DNA of 64,000 bases, taken from assembly GCF_018977255.1 (NCBI RefSeq), contig NW_024704743.1, forward strand, positions 55,864,001 through 55,928,000. The letters are read 5' to 3'. The DNA is from Callorhinchus milii (taxonomy: Eukaryota). Below the pieces are notes generated by a model. That model made no database searches, was not told where the DNA came from, and saw only the letters and a program-made list of their open reading frames with translations. The position numbers and the translations under genes were made by a program. Positions 1-12,126 of the stretch are shown here, one piece after another. Every line of letters starts with the position of its first letter. Positions within the stretch are counted from its first letter, which is position 1.

Positions 1-1485
1 AGTTTATACACAGAGCTTCTGGGGTGAAACATTTGTTGCTGAATATAAAATACGTTACCAAATAAGTTATTAAATATGAAATATGTTACTGAAAATTTAC
101 GATAATACTAAATATGAAAATGGCTGTTACCTGGGGTGAGAGTTTTGTGTAGAACAACAAATTATGTCACTAGATGATTATAACATTGCTGGCGTTAACT
201 CTTTCAGTATCACATCTTTATAATTTGGACCTATCCAACTCTAGGCATTGGGGACGCAAGGCTGCGTCTGAATTGAGCTGAGGGAGCAGGAGCTGAGGGC
301 ATTTGTGAGCAGGAAATGGGAATGGGAAATCCTAACCAGACTGAACCAACATAAAAAGATTTTGACATTTATCTGGTCTACCTGCAGAAAGCACTCACTG
401 TGTCACCCACTTCATAGAGGATACACTTCCACAGTGTGATATCCCCTTGAATTTCCACTCTGTCCAAGGCCTTATAAAAATCATAGTTATTAATGAATAA
501 TGTGCGAAATACAGGTTACTTGATGATAGAGTTGGAGGGGGTTCCATGGGAGGGTAGATACAGTGATGATCTATTCACCAAATTAACTACCCGAGTAACC
601 AGGTATCTCAGCACGACTGAGGAGTGGTACCTGAGGAGGATCTATAAAGGAGATTGTAATAAAACTGTGCCAGTCACCATAAGGTGACATGTAAGTAGTT
701 ACATTCTAACATTAGGATCACTCGCAATAAATGTAAATCACTGCCCTCAACATTTATAGTACAGCAAGGGTTCAGGAATTTGAGCTGTATAACAATGATC
801 CATTCAATGTTTAAGAAAATCATATTGAAATGAAGGCACAGATGGTTTTAGATGATTTCCTGGGAAAGAAGAGTCTCCAGTATAATGCATTGTATCTTTT
901 CAGGTCAGGAAGTGTTTCTCAGTAGTGCTGTGTCTGCCTAGATTTATAATAGAGGAAGTACTTCTCTTTCCTTTCCATTTAATTATTTTAACCTCTGTGC
1001 CCCTCTATTTCAAAACTAACCAAAGAACGCAACTCAGCGCAGGAGTATTGTCTGGTACAGTACTGAATAGAGCAATACGCATACAAGGTGGAAGCTCCTC
1101 ATGAGCTTGTGCCAACTGAGGCTTAGAGTGGCTTAGCTATCTAGGAGGGCAAAACACCAGGGCAGAGGTAAAAAAAAAGAGGTATTATTCTTAAATATTT
1201 CCCCTTGAATTTCCACTCTATCTGCAAGGCCTAGTTGTTTGTGGTAATTATTCTTTTCAGATTCTAGTCTATCATCACACAATTGTACTGAAAATACAGT
1301 ACAAAAATGTCATCTCTGCTATTATAACTTAAATACTATGGATAAAGATTTAAGGCAAAGAAACTATTCTAATTATTAAACTTCACAGCCTTACTGCAGT
1401 TCATTAACTGGCAACAAAATGTTGTGATATCAATAATTAATTTAGTAAGTGCTGGATTGATAATGTTCCTGGTTATCTTTTGCAG

Positions 1486-1616
1486 GCTACTCCCTATTTT
1501 GTTGGATTAATGATCATAGAGCTAGTGGTCACCTGGCTTAAAGAGGGTCAAGGAGCCTATCGAGTGAACGATGCACTAACTTCCATCAGTGCAGGTGTCC
1601 TTTCTCGGCTTCCATA
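1486..1616 (+). CDS. AGMO: Alkylglycerol monooxygenase, internal coding exon (equivalent to human exon 2)
   Basis: Acceptor ttatcttttgcag|GCT, donor CCATA|gtaagt. 131 bp translating ATPYFVGLMIIELVVTWLKEGQGAYRVNDALTSISAGVLSRLP, closely matching human AGMO ATPFFISLMLLELVVSWILKGKPPGRLDDALTSISAGVLSRLP as I recall it. Ends in phase 2, compatible with the next exon. Confidence 0.95.
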
Positions 1617-2179
1617 GTAAGTGCTGCAATATGTCCTTTCACAGCTCTCTGAGGAATACATTACAGATAATGCAAACAGCTTCCAAATGTTTTGCCAATG
1701 AAGGTTGATTTAAACCCGCTGGGATATGAAACTAAGATTTCCCATTGTAACAAAATAAGGTGTGGAATTGGGGGGGTTGGTGGGGGGTGGGAGGGGCATG
1801 AATAGGAGGAGAAAGCAGGAGAATTCAAGAAAATCAGCATTCTGAAATAATCCTGCATCCTTATATCTGATATAATCCTTTTCACGTCACAAGGACGTCT
1901 CAAAGCGCTTCACAGGATTTACTATAAAGTGTAGTGACTGTGTAAAGTGGCTGCTGTGTTCGCCTTCATATACACAGTCATAACACTTGAGAGTAAATCT
2001 TGTGAAGCAGTTTGAGATGACTTGACAACGGGATAGAGTTCTATATCAAATGAAAGGATACGTGTACAATATTATAATTAGGTAATTAGAATGAATTATT
2101 ATAATAATGTAGTTGTCCTAAATGATTTGTATTGGCAGATTAGTGATGGGAAATACTACATACCCAGGAATTAACCTCC

Positions 2180-2720
2180 TTTTTTGTCAGCTGGGTGTCT
2201 GACACATGTAGAAACCCATTACCAAGCTTAAGAGTATCCAACCTAGACGGAGCGTTCCATGTATCCAAATTACACATGGAAATTCCCTATGTCTATGCAC
2301 ACTCTCCCCAGAGGGATGCTTCCTGCTTACCTAATTACAGAAAGTATTAGGTGCAGGTTGGTAAGAGCCAAGGGTTGGGGTCCCCAGAGTGTGAGTTGGG
2401 GTACTGCTGGAATTTAACCAGCAAAAACTGCACAGCTTGCTGTTGAAAGCACTGTTTGGCAAGTTTCCTGCTGCTTGCCCACTTTACAAGTTAGGGCGTT
2501 GCTCTGCAGGTTTAGCCGGAACTGAGTGTGCAACCCCACCACTGTGCAGCGCTTCGAGCCACAATCCTGCATGAAATGCATTATATAGATGCAAGTTGTT
2601 GTTACTGAATGGAAGCAACCCTGCCCCGGTGACTGGTCTTCCTTTCCAAGTTCTGCCAATGAGGCAGACTGACTTGGCTGGCATCAGAAATATCCTGCGG
2701 CATTGCTGATGACAGCTCTG
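2180..2720. mobile_element. Unclassified interspersed repeat (T-run + GTCAGCYGGGTGTCTGACACATGT terminus), long copy
   Basis: Colinear similarity over about 450 bp with 40136-40590; same terminus at 4821 and 41344. Confidence 0.75.
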
Positions 2721-3941
2721 GCTCAGGAACCAGACTTTCAAGAATGCCACAGAGGGTTGGCTTTATTCTGACATTCTGTAGCAAAGCAGTATGTCACGTT
2801 GGAGTCAATTCAATCATTAGCTTCCATTTATTTCAAAATTCCTTTAAGGATATTTACTTTATCTCTCCCCAATAAGTCACTGCCACCTATCAAGCGCAGG
2901 TTTGAGTCCTCACTAAGTGGATGGCATGGTACCAGGAACTCTTGGTGGGCATCACAGCTCAGGGGAGATGAGTGAGAGCATTGCCACCGTCCTCCAACCC
3001 ACAACATGAACACACATGCCTACCCAGTGAGCAATCTGTCCATCAGTTGTAGATATGGAGCTTGAACAGCAGCTGCTTACTTCTCTGCACACCAATTAAG
3101 ATGGATTCCATGCCCTTGAATGTTTTTATCCTGGATACATTCTCATATACAGCATCTGGAGAATGGTTGGAAAACAGAAGCAACAAAAAGCCCTGGCAAG
3201 AGACAGCCTGAAAAGTATTTTCCAAATTTATAGCCTGAATGTACACTTTACGCTTGGAGTTCAAGTTACCTTCAATTATAGCTCTCAGATTTTGATTCTG
3301 TGAGTAAAAATTTATGGGGGAACAAAATGTCCTTCTTAGAAATGAGAACGGAAGAAAATTCCAGTAATAAATTGCAGTGTAAATGATTTTAAAAATCTAA
3401 GGCCTATTCACAAGATACAATTTCCACTAGAAAATAAAAAGAATATAATTTCAATACTGGGGTGAAAATGCGACATGCAAATTTCATTGTGATAATTAGC
3501 ACATCAAATTCTTCATCAAATGTTGCATTTTTTGCTCCCACCATTTCTTTCTAATGTATTAATTGTTTGTTTGGAACTTTGATCTACTATTACGTTGGAT
3601 CCTCTGCTACAGATCATGTGTTTGTAACTTAATCTACGATGTCTTTTCGTTTTGAACATGAATTTAGTCTCATCACTAATACACAGTGGGTGGAACAAAC
3701 TACACTCAGAACTACTAAAGAATAGGCTAACTCGCTAATTTTAATTTAACCATAAAACCTAATTTATACATACAATTTTTTCAACCCCAAGTGCTAATAC
3801 GTGTCTTTCTCAATTTAGCAATACAGTGTACTCTGTTGCAAACAATAAATAACAAAGTGAAAAACTAAGACAGTTTATACCAGATTTGTGGGGAGAAATT
3901 GTTTGTGTTTAAAATTTACTCTCTTGATGTAGCAGTTTACA

Positions 3942-4045
3942 GCATTCAGAATTTGACAAATTGTTGAATTAGGTTTTAAATTTGAAGTTGTTTGTCTATA
4001 GTTCTATATAGAAAACTAGTTCAAAATTAAGACTCAAATTACAGA
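3942..4045. mobile_element. Palindromic MITE-like repeat (CAGAATTTGRCAA family)
   Basis: Imperfect inverted arms gaattaggttttaaatttgaa / ttcaaaattaagactcaaatt; related copies at 26925, 39120 and 44446. Confidence 0.55.
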
Positions 4046-4820
4046 TGTTGTGCTGCACTGGATGCCGATTGAATTAAGTTGCTATTTTGTTTTTTAGCTG
4101 CATTCAAACACCAAACTATAAGATCAGGAGCAGCAACAGAATGGAGATTTTTTCCGGTCCAATCATTTTGCCAAGGTTGAATCTGTGGAGACACACCTGG
4201 CAAAATGACAGGCAGATCCGCAGTAAATCTGTTGATGGTTGACCACCCTGACTGATTCGACAATGAGACTTCAATGTGTAAACATGTCCTCACAACCCTG
4301 TGAGCCCAAGTCTTAACAAGTAGAGGAGTCCCAAGTGGACAAATACTGGGTTTGTTACATTGTTAAGCAGTAATACAACTGAAAGATTAGAAAAGGATTA
4401 CTTTGAAGGAAATGGAAGCTGGTGACTTTAACCGTTTATGAGACTTGTTTAGTCTGTCGAAATACACATTTTACTTGGATAATATAAGTTTGAAAAAAAT
4501 CCAATTGTTCCTCATAGCCAACATGTGTTTCATTATTTGAACACATTCAGTTAAGAAACCCCTCCCCTCCCCAAAGAAAGCGCTGAGGATTGTTTTTGAT
4601 TAACTTTCTCTTCGATATGCCAACTACATAGTTTTTGTTGGATTAAATTTGTTTAAAGAGAAGATGCCTCTGATATCCAGCATTTATTGCTAAATGTGTT
4701 ACATGTGCCTAGTCTTTCTTTAAGTAATTCAGTATTTTAGAAATCTTTATTGGCCTCACTGCCTATTGGAAAGTGTATTTTGTTTTCCTTCTGCCTTTTG
4801 TCCTTTCTTTGTTCGCATTC

Positions 4821-4914
4821 TTTTTGGTCAGCCGGGTGTCTGACACATGTGGAACCCCCTAACCATACTTAAGATGGATTTCCATATGTGTCAGAAACCA
4901 GGTTGACAAAAAAA
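4821..4914. mobile_element. Minimal copy of the unclassified repeat, with both inverted termini (hairpin)
   Basis: tttttggtcagccgggtgtctgacacatgtggaa ... ttccatatgtgtcagaaaccaggttgacaaaaaaa; imperfect inverted arms of about 34 bp. Confidence 0.8.
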
Positions 4915-5049
4915 CATGTTAGTGTGGTTACTGTAGTTGGATGTATTAGAAACAGCAGAACTGTGACAGGTTATCTAACAAAATATAACTGATAAATAAA
5001 TTGGGGTCAAAATGTGATATTTGTAAATATGACTAATAATCATAAGAGG

Positions 5050-5495
5050 TGTTAGCCTGGCTCAGTTGGTAGAACTCTTGCCTCTAAAATGGAAGGTTTT
5101 GGGTTTAACCCCATATTTGGACTTTGACCTCACATTGTGTAGACTGCCACTCCAATGCAGAGCTGGGGGTGTGCTGAATGATTGTAGGTGTCGTCCTTCG
5201 ATGAAACATTAAACCAAGGTTCTGGAAGTCTGTTCAGATGGATGTTGAATAACCGATGCCACTATTTGAAAAGGGAAGAGAATTTGTCCTAGTGGTCTGG
5301 CTCACAATCCCCCAGATAAAATTAGTCATTTACTTCATAGCTGTTTATGGGGCATTGTTGCATGTAAATTGCTTGCCAAGTCCACTTATGAAAGACACAA
5401 TCAAGATTCTTCACGGAAAATGCTGCAAGCACTTTGAGATGTCCTTCTGACATGAAAGGTGTTATATCAAATGCAAATAGTATTCATTATATTAA
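5050..5495 (+). mobile_element. tRNA-derived DeuSINE-type SINE, full length
   Basis: A-box head tggctcagttggtag; Deu-like core gtcgtccttcgatgaaacattaaaccaagg...atgccactatttgaa; L2-like tail tgaaaggtgttatatcaaatgcaa followed by TAT-rich repeats. Confidence 0.85.
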
Positions 5496-6229
5496 TGGCA
5501 ACATTTGTTTTGTGAAACTCACGGCAAGATTTGCAAACTGCAAATCCTAAACTGGTGAAGTTTGATAAAATTCTGCCAAGCAGAAGACAGGATCTGGGTG
5601 TTTTTCTCTCCAATCATTCTGCTGACTTTGATGGCTTGGGATTGAGGATTTGAATTGCGGTTTGCGAATCCTGCCACCTGATATTCCAAACTGGAAGTTG
5701 CAATTAGTAGCTTGAATCTGGTTTGCGAATCTGGTTTTGACCCCAACATAGCAGATGTGAGAGTTTCTTTCACTTATGGTACAGGTGGGGCCGCTGGGGA
5801 GTCCTGTTGAGGTTTTGCTGTTGTGTTCAGTGAAAACACATGAGGAGTGGGTTGAAAAAAATCAAACTTTTCTGAGTCTGGAAATACATTTAATAGATCT
5901 AACGCATCAATAACAATGCCGGATGTGGAGATGGGGATCCTCTTGGCTGATATTGTGGAACATATTCAGAGTTAAGTACTTTACAAAGTGCTCACACCAC
6001 AAATACCGTTTCCTCTGTATCATAAAAACATTGACTGCAAGGGGATCACTTTCTCACTTACCTCAGCAAACTCTGACTTTTTTTCCCTGGAAGTAAAATC
6101 CTGGGCAAGTAGGTAGACATGAATGTAGAAGGCTTTAAAAATTATATTTCTTAATTTTAAAAAAGTGTGATTCTCTATAATGTTTATAACTTGCAGTCGT
6201 ATAGTGTCTTTTATGCAGTAAAAACATTT

Positions 6230-7445
6230 TGATGTGCTTCACAGGGATTGAGTGGGAAGTCAACAAGATGGAAGGTGTAGTGGGGGGAAGCTGTAGGTGT
6301 AGGACAGATGTGATCAAACATGCAATCAAAAAGTAGGTTTTAGAAGGTTTTGAATGCAGAGGAAGGGGGTGAGATGGAGGGATTTAGGGTGATTCTTCCA
6401 GACAGTGGGGGAAAAGTGGCTGAAAGCTCATGCACTAATGGTGAGCAGATAGGACTGGTTGATATGAAGCAAATCTATGTTATCATAATGGCAATGGTAT
6501 AGGGGGAGCAGGACCACATGCGATCATAGAGATGTAGAGCAAGACGTGAAGTAAATCCACTGAGTAATAGGAATCAAGTGGAGACCGAGACTCCTTATTT
6601 AGTTTCGGATGTACCAAGAAAGTAGAATACGAGGACACAGGTTTAGAATTGCAAAGAGAAATTTCAGGACAGGCACCAGGAAGCTTTCCTTTAACTGGAA
6701 GGTAATTATCAACTTGAACCAGTTTCCAGGAAGATTGAGACCAGGACACTGGATGCATTTAAAAAGCAGCTTGATGCTGTGGTAGGAGTCCAAAGTAGCA
6801 CCGCAAGTGACCATGTAGAGGTTGGAGGAGAAGTCATGAAAAGAGATACAATAAAGATAATGAGACAAGTAGAGTTGGAACTAACAACCTGTGGAGTCAA
6901 GCACCAGAGAGGTAAAATGTTGGAGAAGGATGGAGTGATTGACCACATCGAAGGCTCCAGAGAGGTCATGAAAGACTGGGAGACACAGGCAACCCCAGTC
7001 CGAGATGTAGGATTATAGCTAGGAGGTAACAAGATATTTCAAAACTTTGGAGAGAAAGGGCAGACTGGAGATAGGTGATATTTTTTCCTTCTACTCCGAC
7101 AAGGGTAATAGTTTGGAATGGTTGAAAATATTTTTTTTGAAAAGGAGGGGTGATGATGGTGGATTTGAAAGAGGATATAGAGAAGTTGAAGTCATCAATA
7201 TCAAAGCAGCAACAACAACAACTTGAAGGATAGCATCCTTCAAGCTCATAGTGTTTTGGAGTGCACTCCAAAACAAGGAGGAGTACTTAAGTGGTGAGCA
7301 ATTGGATAGATATAGGGTGAAGGGAGCAGGTGGTGGATTTCTTGTGAGAGCTAGTGGAGAGATAGAGCTGAAGGGGAGATAGAGGCAAAGTATAAAAGGT
7401 GGGGTATAGAGAGATGGAAGGGAGGTGGAGGAAATGGCTGTTTCC
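6230..7445 (-). mobile_element. Old degraded L2 LINE with an embedded + strand CR1 3' fragment (about 6620-6785)
   Basis: Minus strand encodes DLSGAFDVVNHSILL (RT motif) and FKSTIITP; purine-rich + strand as seen for antisense L2. The insert has the CR1-type gaggacacaggtttagaattgcaaag...atttaaaaagcagcttgatg. Confidence 0.7.
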
Positions 7446-7699
7446 AAGTTAGTTCATAATTTTTATATTTGCATGTGAAATACATTGTTTCTGTTATTTC
7501 CATTGATTTGAGGTTATTTCATTCACATGCAGAGGTCTAGTTAGCAGCTGTCTATTGATACAAGATTAGTTAATTAAACTGGTGCAACAATCTGCTTGTA
7601 ATTTCTACATCTGGATGACACCAAACCTTGCTGTACAAGGATCGTCAGGTGTCTAAATGTAGTTATTGATCCATATCAAAATGTACTCAGCATCATGGC

Positions 7700-8020
7700 A
7701 ATATAGTTGTCAAAATACCATCCTTTAACATGGAAGCTGGGTTGAATTTGCATTCAGCTCAGACAAACAGGATGAACATATCTGTTGACTGGCTGAAGGC
7801 TGTTATGTGCCGTATACTAAATGGGGTCTGGAAATCTCGATCTAATGCTCTGTGAATGATTCCAACACTCAAAGCATTTTCGTATTTGCTGGAAAATTGG
7901 CAGACATTCAGTGCTGATGCTGTGGGAGATCAAGAGGTTAGATTGCATGAGAAATGGACAATGTCATTCTGCTGAAAGAAGGGTTGCTATTCTGAGAAAT
8001 GAGAGTTGAAGGACATTTGG
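7700..8020 (+). mobile_element. LF-SINE-like ancient SINE (degenerate)
   Basis: Ordered blocks resemble the LF-SINE consensus as I recall it (cctttaac, ttcagctcag, ctgaaggctgttatgtgccgtatactaaatg, aattggca, gagatcaagaggttagattgcatgaga). Confidence 0.5.
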
Positions 8021-9369
8021 AAGCCAATGTTCCGATAACTCTTGCTTTGAAGTTAAACTCTGAATGGTTGTTGCTACTAATGGATTGCAAAATAATAACA
8101 CGTTTTCTACTTCTCAGTAAACTATGTTCAGAATCAACAAGTATTGCATTGCACTAGGGCTGTGGCAGGAGGGTGGAAGGTGGTGTGTGTTTGTGGAAAA
8201 AGATAAACTACGCTGATCATGGGGAGGAGTCACTTCCTTTCAATAATTATTAACCCAATATCCCAGTACCCAGTACAGTACATTTTTAAAAGTTGTGTGA
8301 AGTTGTGCTCCAATGATCAACTTCCACAGAACTGAGAATGTGGCCAGATCCAAATCCGAAAGGGTTACAAAATATTTTGTCAAACCTTCAGTGTTTTCAT
8401 GGTCTGTTTTTTTTAATGTATGTTCCTTTTCATTCCATGCACATCATACATTTGAATGCAAGATAGTTCTCTTGTGTAGAAAGAATAGAACTGAACATTT
8501 CATAAGATGCATTCAAACATGAAATAGGTTGTAGAACGCCTCAAGGACACTTCACATAGAGGACAACGTTACAATTACTGTATGCCATCTCAATGTTGAT
8601 TGTTAAAATAATAAGTTACATTTCCAACAATAACAGCTATAGTGCCCTTCATGTGGGATAGTGCCTTGGAGCACTTTACATAGCAGCTTTCACTCAAAGC
8701 CCTTTGTAAAATACCATTGATTAACAACAAAGTGAATGTAATTATGTAGGTAACCACAACAGTCAATCGGTGCGAGCAGCATCCAGTGAACAGCAAAGTG
8801 AGTAGTACAGCCTTGTTATACGGTTGTAGTTGGAGTCTGTAATATGCAACCACATTATAGACAGGGCATACTATATTGCTGTATCAGCTCAGGGAATGAT
8901 TTCCTTTAGAAGTAGGTTAAGGATTTAGTGTTAGTTAGCTTATGACATCTGTAATGTTCACTTAATTGAGTAAATCCATACTCAGTGGAGGTAATGCCAC
9001 TATAATTATTTCCAAGGAAATAATTCCACCTGAAAACTAGTAGAATCGATCATAGATGAGAGAGATTGAAGTCAAATTTCTTCCGAGCGCGATTCCACCA
9101 CAAATCAGAAGCAGTCAAATATTATGTACGGTTTGACTGCAGTATCAGCTCCAGCCTCCAGGGATTTCATACAGAACTTGCTCCTTTCTCAAAATAACAT
9201 GGTGGAGGTAAATCTTTTTTGGGATGCATTGTCAGTCTCCCAGTATAAAAGATTGGACTGCAGTGTACGTTTTGTCCATTCAATAGAATGAAGATCACTG
9301 ATCTAATATCTCCAGCAGAACTTCAAACTAGTTGGGATCCAAGGTGTTACATCAGCTTCACATGATGCC

Positions 9370-9703
9370 CTAGCACCCCACTACCTCTGCATCCTGTTCA
9401 CACCCATAACTCTTTCTGTCCTCTTCGCTCATTTGACTTGGGCCTTTGGCGCCCCCCACTGCTCCACCATCTGCGACTGTACCTTCAGCCACTACTGCTC
9501 AAATCTTCAGTACTTCCTGCCTCAATCTCGCTGCTTTGCCCACTATTCACCCATTTTCAAATCACATCTGAAGACATTCTTTTTTGTCCATGATTATGGT
9601 CATCTCTCCTCTCTCCCTGGCTCAATGTCAAACTCTGCCACTGTTCAGTGGTCTGAGAGCCTACCCCATGTGAAGGGCGCTATGTAAATGCAAGTTGTTG
9701 TTA
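9370..9703 (+). mobile_element. L2 LINE 3' fragment
   Basis: FKSHLKTFFF-like terminus and tail gtgaagggcgctatgtaaatgcaagttgttg. Confidence 0.75.
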
Positions 9704-10404
9704 TGTGTACCTGAACCTGTGATGTACTGATGCAAGCTATAAAAAAGGCTGCACTGTACATTGAATTTGTGGATACATGTAGATGAGTAGAGGTATATAA
9801 CCTTTGAGAAATACTCCAAGAAATTGATAAATTAGTGATTGCAGTCTACTGTAGATTGAAGTTAGTTTTCTATAGTCTTCAAAAAGACTTATAAAAAAGG
9901 CTACAAAATGAGTATTTAAGAATTTGCCAAACTCTAGATGCTCTGAAATGCTAAGAAAATAAAGTAAACCTAGACACAGGTGGCATTTCTATTCCCACTT
10001 TTATGTGAAAGAGAAAGCAATGACAGCTCTTCAAAGTTGCAGAAGTAAAATCTAAATACACATGTTGCAATCTTCACCCCATTTAATCCATTCCAATTTT
10101 GTCCACCATATGGTAAGTATTGGTGTAGTCGTTCCTGTTTTTATGTTGGTTATAAGCAGCACTTGTGCACCCCCCAACCCCCACCACCTACTGCATCTAA
10201 CATGATTTCATTGTTCTTACATCTGTTAACCTAATAATGGATCAGTTGCAAGAATCAGATTAAGAATTGTAGCTATGAAGCATCGTCCCCTGTGTAAACG
10301 GTTCCTATTAAACTAGCCATTTTTTCCATTCAATTCAAAATAGAACAAATCTGTGGTTGGGCAAACATTCCCTTTAGACGTACATTTTGATTAACAAAGC
10401 AAAA

Positions 10405-10675
10405 TCTCCCCATTTATACAGCACCTTTTACTTCAGTAGGATGTCTCGAAGTGTGTTAACTTGGCACCCAATCACCTGAGCTGGGGGGGAAGGAGGGATG
10501 GAAGCTGAGGAGGGTGATGGCAGGAAAAGCGATCAAAAGCATAGTCAAAAAGTACACTCGAAAAGATATGTCTTTAGGTGGGTGTTACAAGTGGGGAGGT
10601 AAGGAATGAAGAGGCTCTGGAATGGAATTCCAGAGAGGGGGGGCTAAATGCCTGAAAGCTCGCCCAACAATTGAC
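10405..10675 (-). mobile_element. L2 LINE 3' fragment
   Basis: Minus strand GRAFRHLAPPLWNSIP motif. Confidence 0.75.
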
Positions 10676-10699
10676 GAGTACATACTGAATAGATATATG

Positions 10700-11850
10700 T
10701 TCAGATGATTTCTTAACTTTAAACTTGGATACAGACCACTGAAATCTGGATGGTTAATCAACTGGGAGCACAGCAAGCTCACAAAGGACCTGGGAGAGGA
10801 AGCAAGCAAAACAAAACTATGATTGCTGGGGAGTCAGATATTAGATGAACTGGATAAAAGAAAGAATTGGGCACCTCACAGCCAAATACATTGGAGAGAT
10901 GGCACATACAAACCAGAGAACACGAGAAGTGAAATGCTCCAAATGGGTTCTAAATTGCAGTAATTTTTTATGGGATTCTATAACACAGAATCACTAGTCA
11001 CACAAATTGTTTCATTAACTGGAAGTAACTGAGACGCCTTATTAATACATGCTGTTCAGAAATATTACAAATTAGATCACAAACTATGCATATGATAGGA
11101 AAGCTAAGTCAAAATGAGGAGAAGTATTACGTTGAGTGCTTCAGGTGTCTGCGTTGAGACCCCCTTCTGTTCTATGGATACATTATATATTGATTAGCTG
11201 GATTTGCAGACCTAGTGAAATGTAAATAAATTTTCAAATAACATCAAGCTGGAGAGAACTGTTGAATCAGAGGAGGCACCAAATGTCTTTCATAGGGTAT
11301 GCACATGAGGTGATGATTGGCAAATGAAGTTAAATTCAATGAATTCAAAGCACTAGTTATAGGAAGCAAGAAACACATGACCTCCATGTGCATCAGTTAT
11401 CACTGCCTCACACTCTATGACAAAGTGAGAGATTGAGGAACAGCAGTTGGCAAGGGGAAAGAAAAGATATCTCATTGTGTTTTCACCTTGTCAACCAAGG
11501 CAAACTGGATCCTGGGCTATAATGCCAAATTAGTTGAGTTCAGAAACTGTATACCAGAACATTTCTGGTTGCCGTGACATAAATAGGTGGCTCAGGCTCC
11601 AGAGACAGAGGAGAACAATAAACATGATCCCAGGTATTAGAGGGTTGAACTATCAGCAACAATTAGACAAGCTAAGGCTCTTCAGTCTTAAAAGAAGACA
11701 CTCAGAGGGAACTTTAGAGCGGTGTTTATAATTTTATATGGGATTGATAAAGTAAACCCATATACCCCAAAACAGTAAAATAAGAGGACAAAGATAAAGA
11801 GTTGCAAAGGGCAATTTTAGGAGAGACACCAAGGTTTCCATTACCCAAAG
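10700..11850 (+). mobile_element. Old degraded CR1 LINE fragments
   Basis: MIPGIRGLNYQQQLDKLRLFSLKRR (CR1 ORF2 C-terminal region); many stops and indels. Confidence 0.65.
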
Positions 11851-11869
11851 GCTAATTTTATTTTAGAGA

Positions 11870-12126
11870 GTGTTGGCCAGGACACCAAGGAATTAATTTA
11901 TTTGGCCAATAGTGTTATAGAATCTTTAACATCCATCTGAACAGGCAGAAGGGACCTTGGTTTAACGCCTCACCAAAAGAATCGTACCCCTGACACTACA
12001 GCACACCTTCAGTACTGCACTGAAGTGTCAACCTAGATGATGGGTTCAAAGTCCTGAATTGGAGCTTGAACCCGTAACATTCTCACTCAGACGCGAGAGT
12101 GCTACGAACTAAGCCAGGCTGACACC
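11870..12126 (-). mobile_element. DeuSINE-type SINE (5' and central part)
   Basis: Reverse complement of head (...aactaagccaggctgacac) and Deu core (ccatctgaacaggcaga...ccttggtttaacgcctca). Confidence 0.8.
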
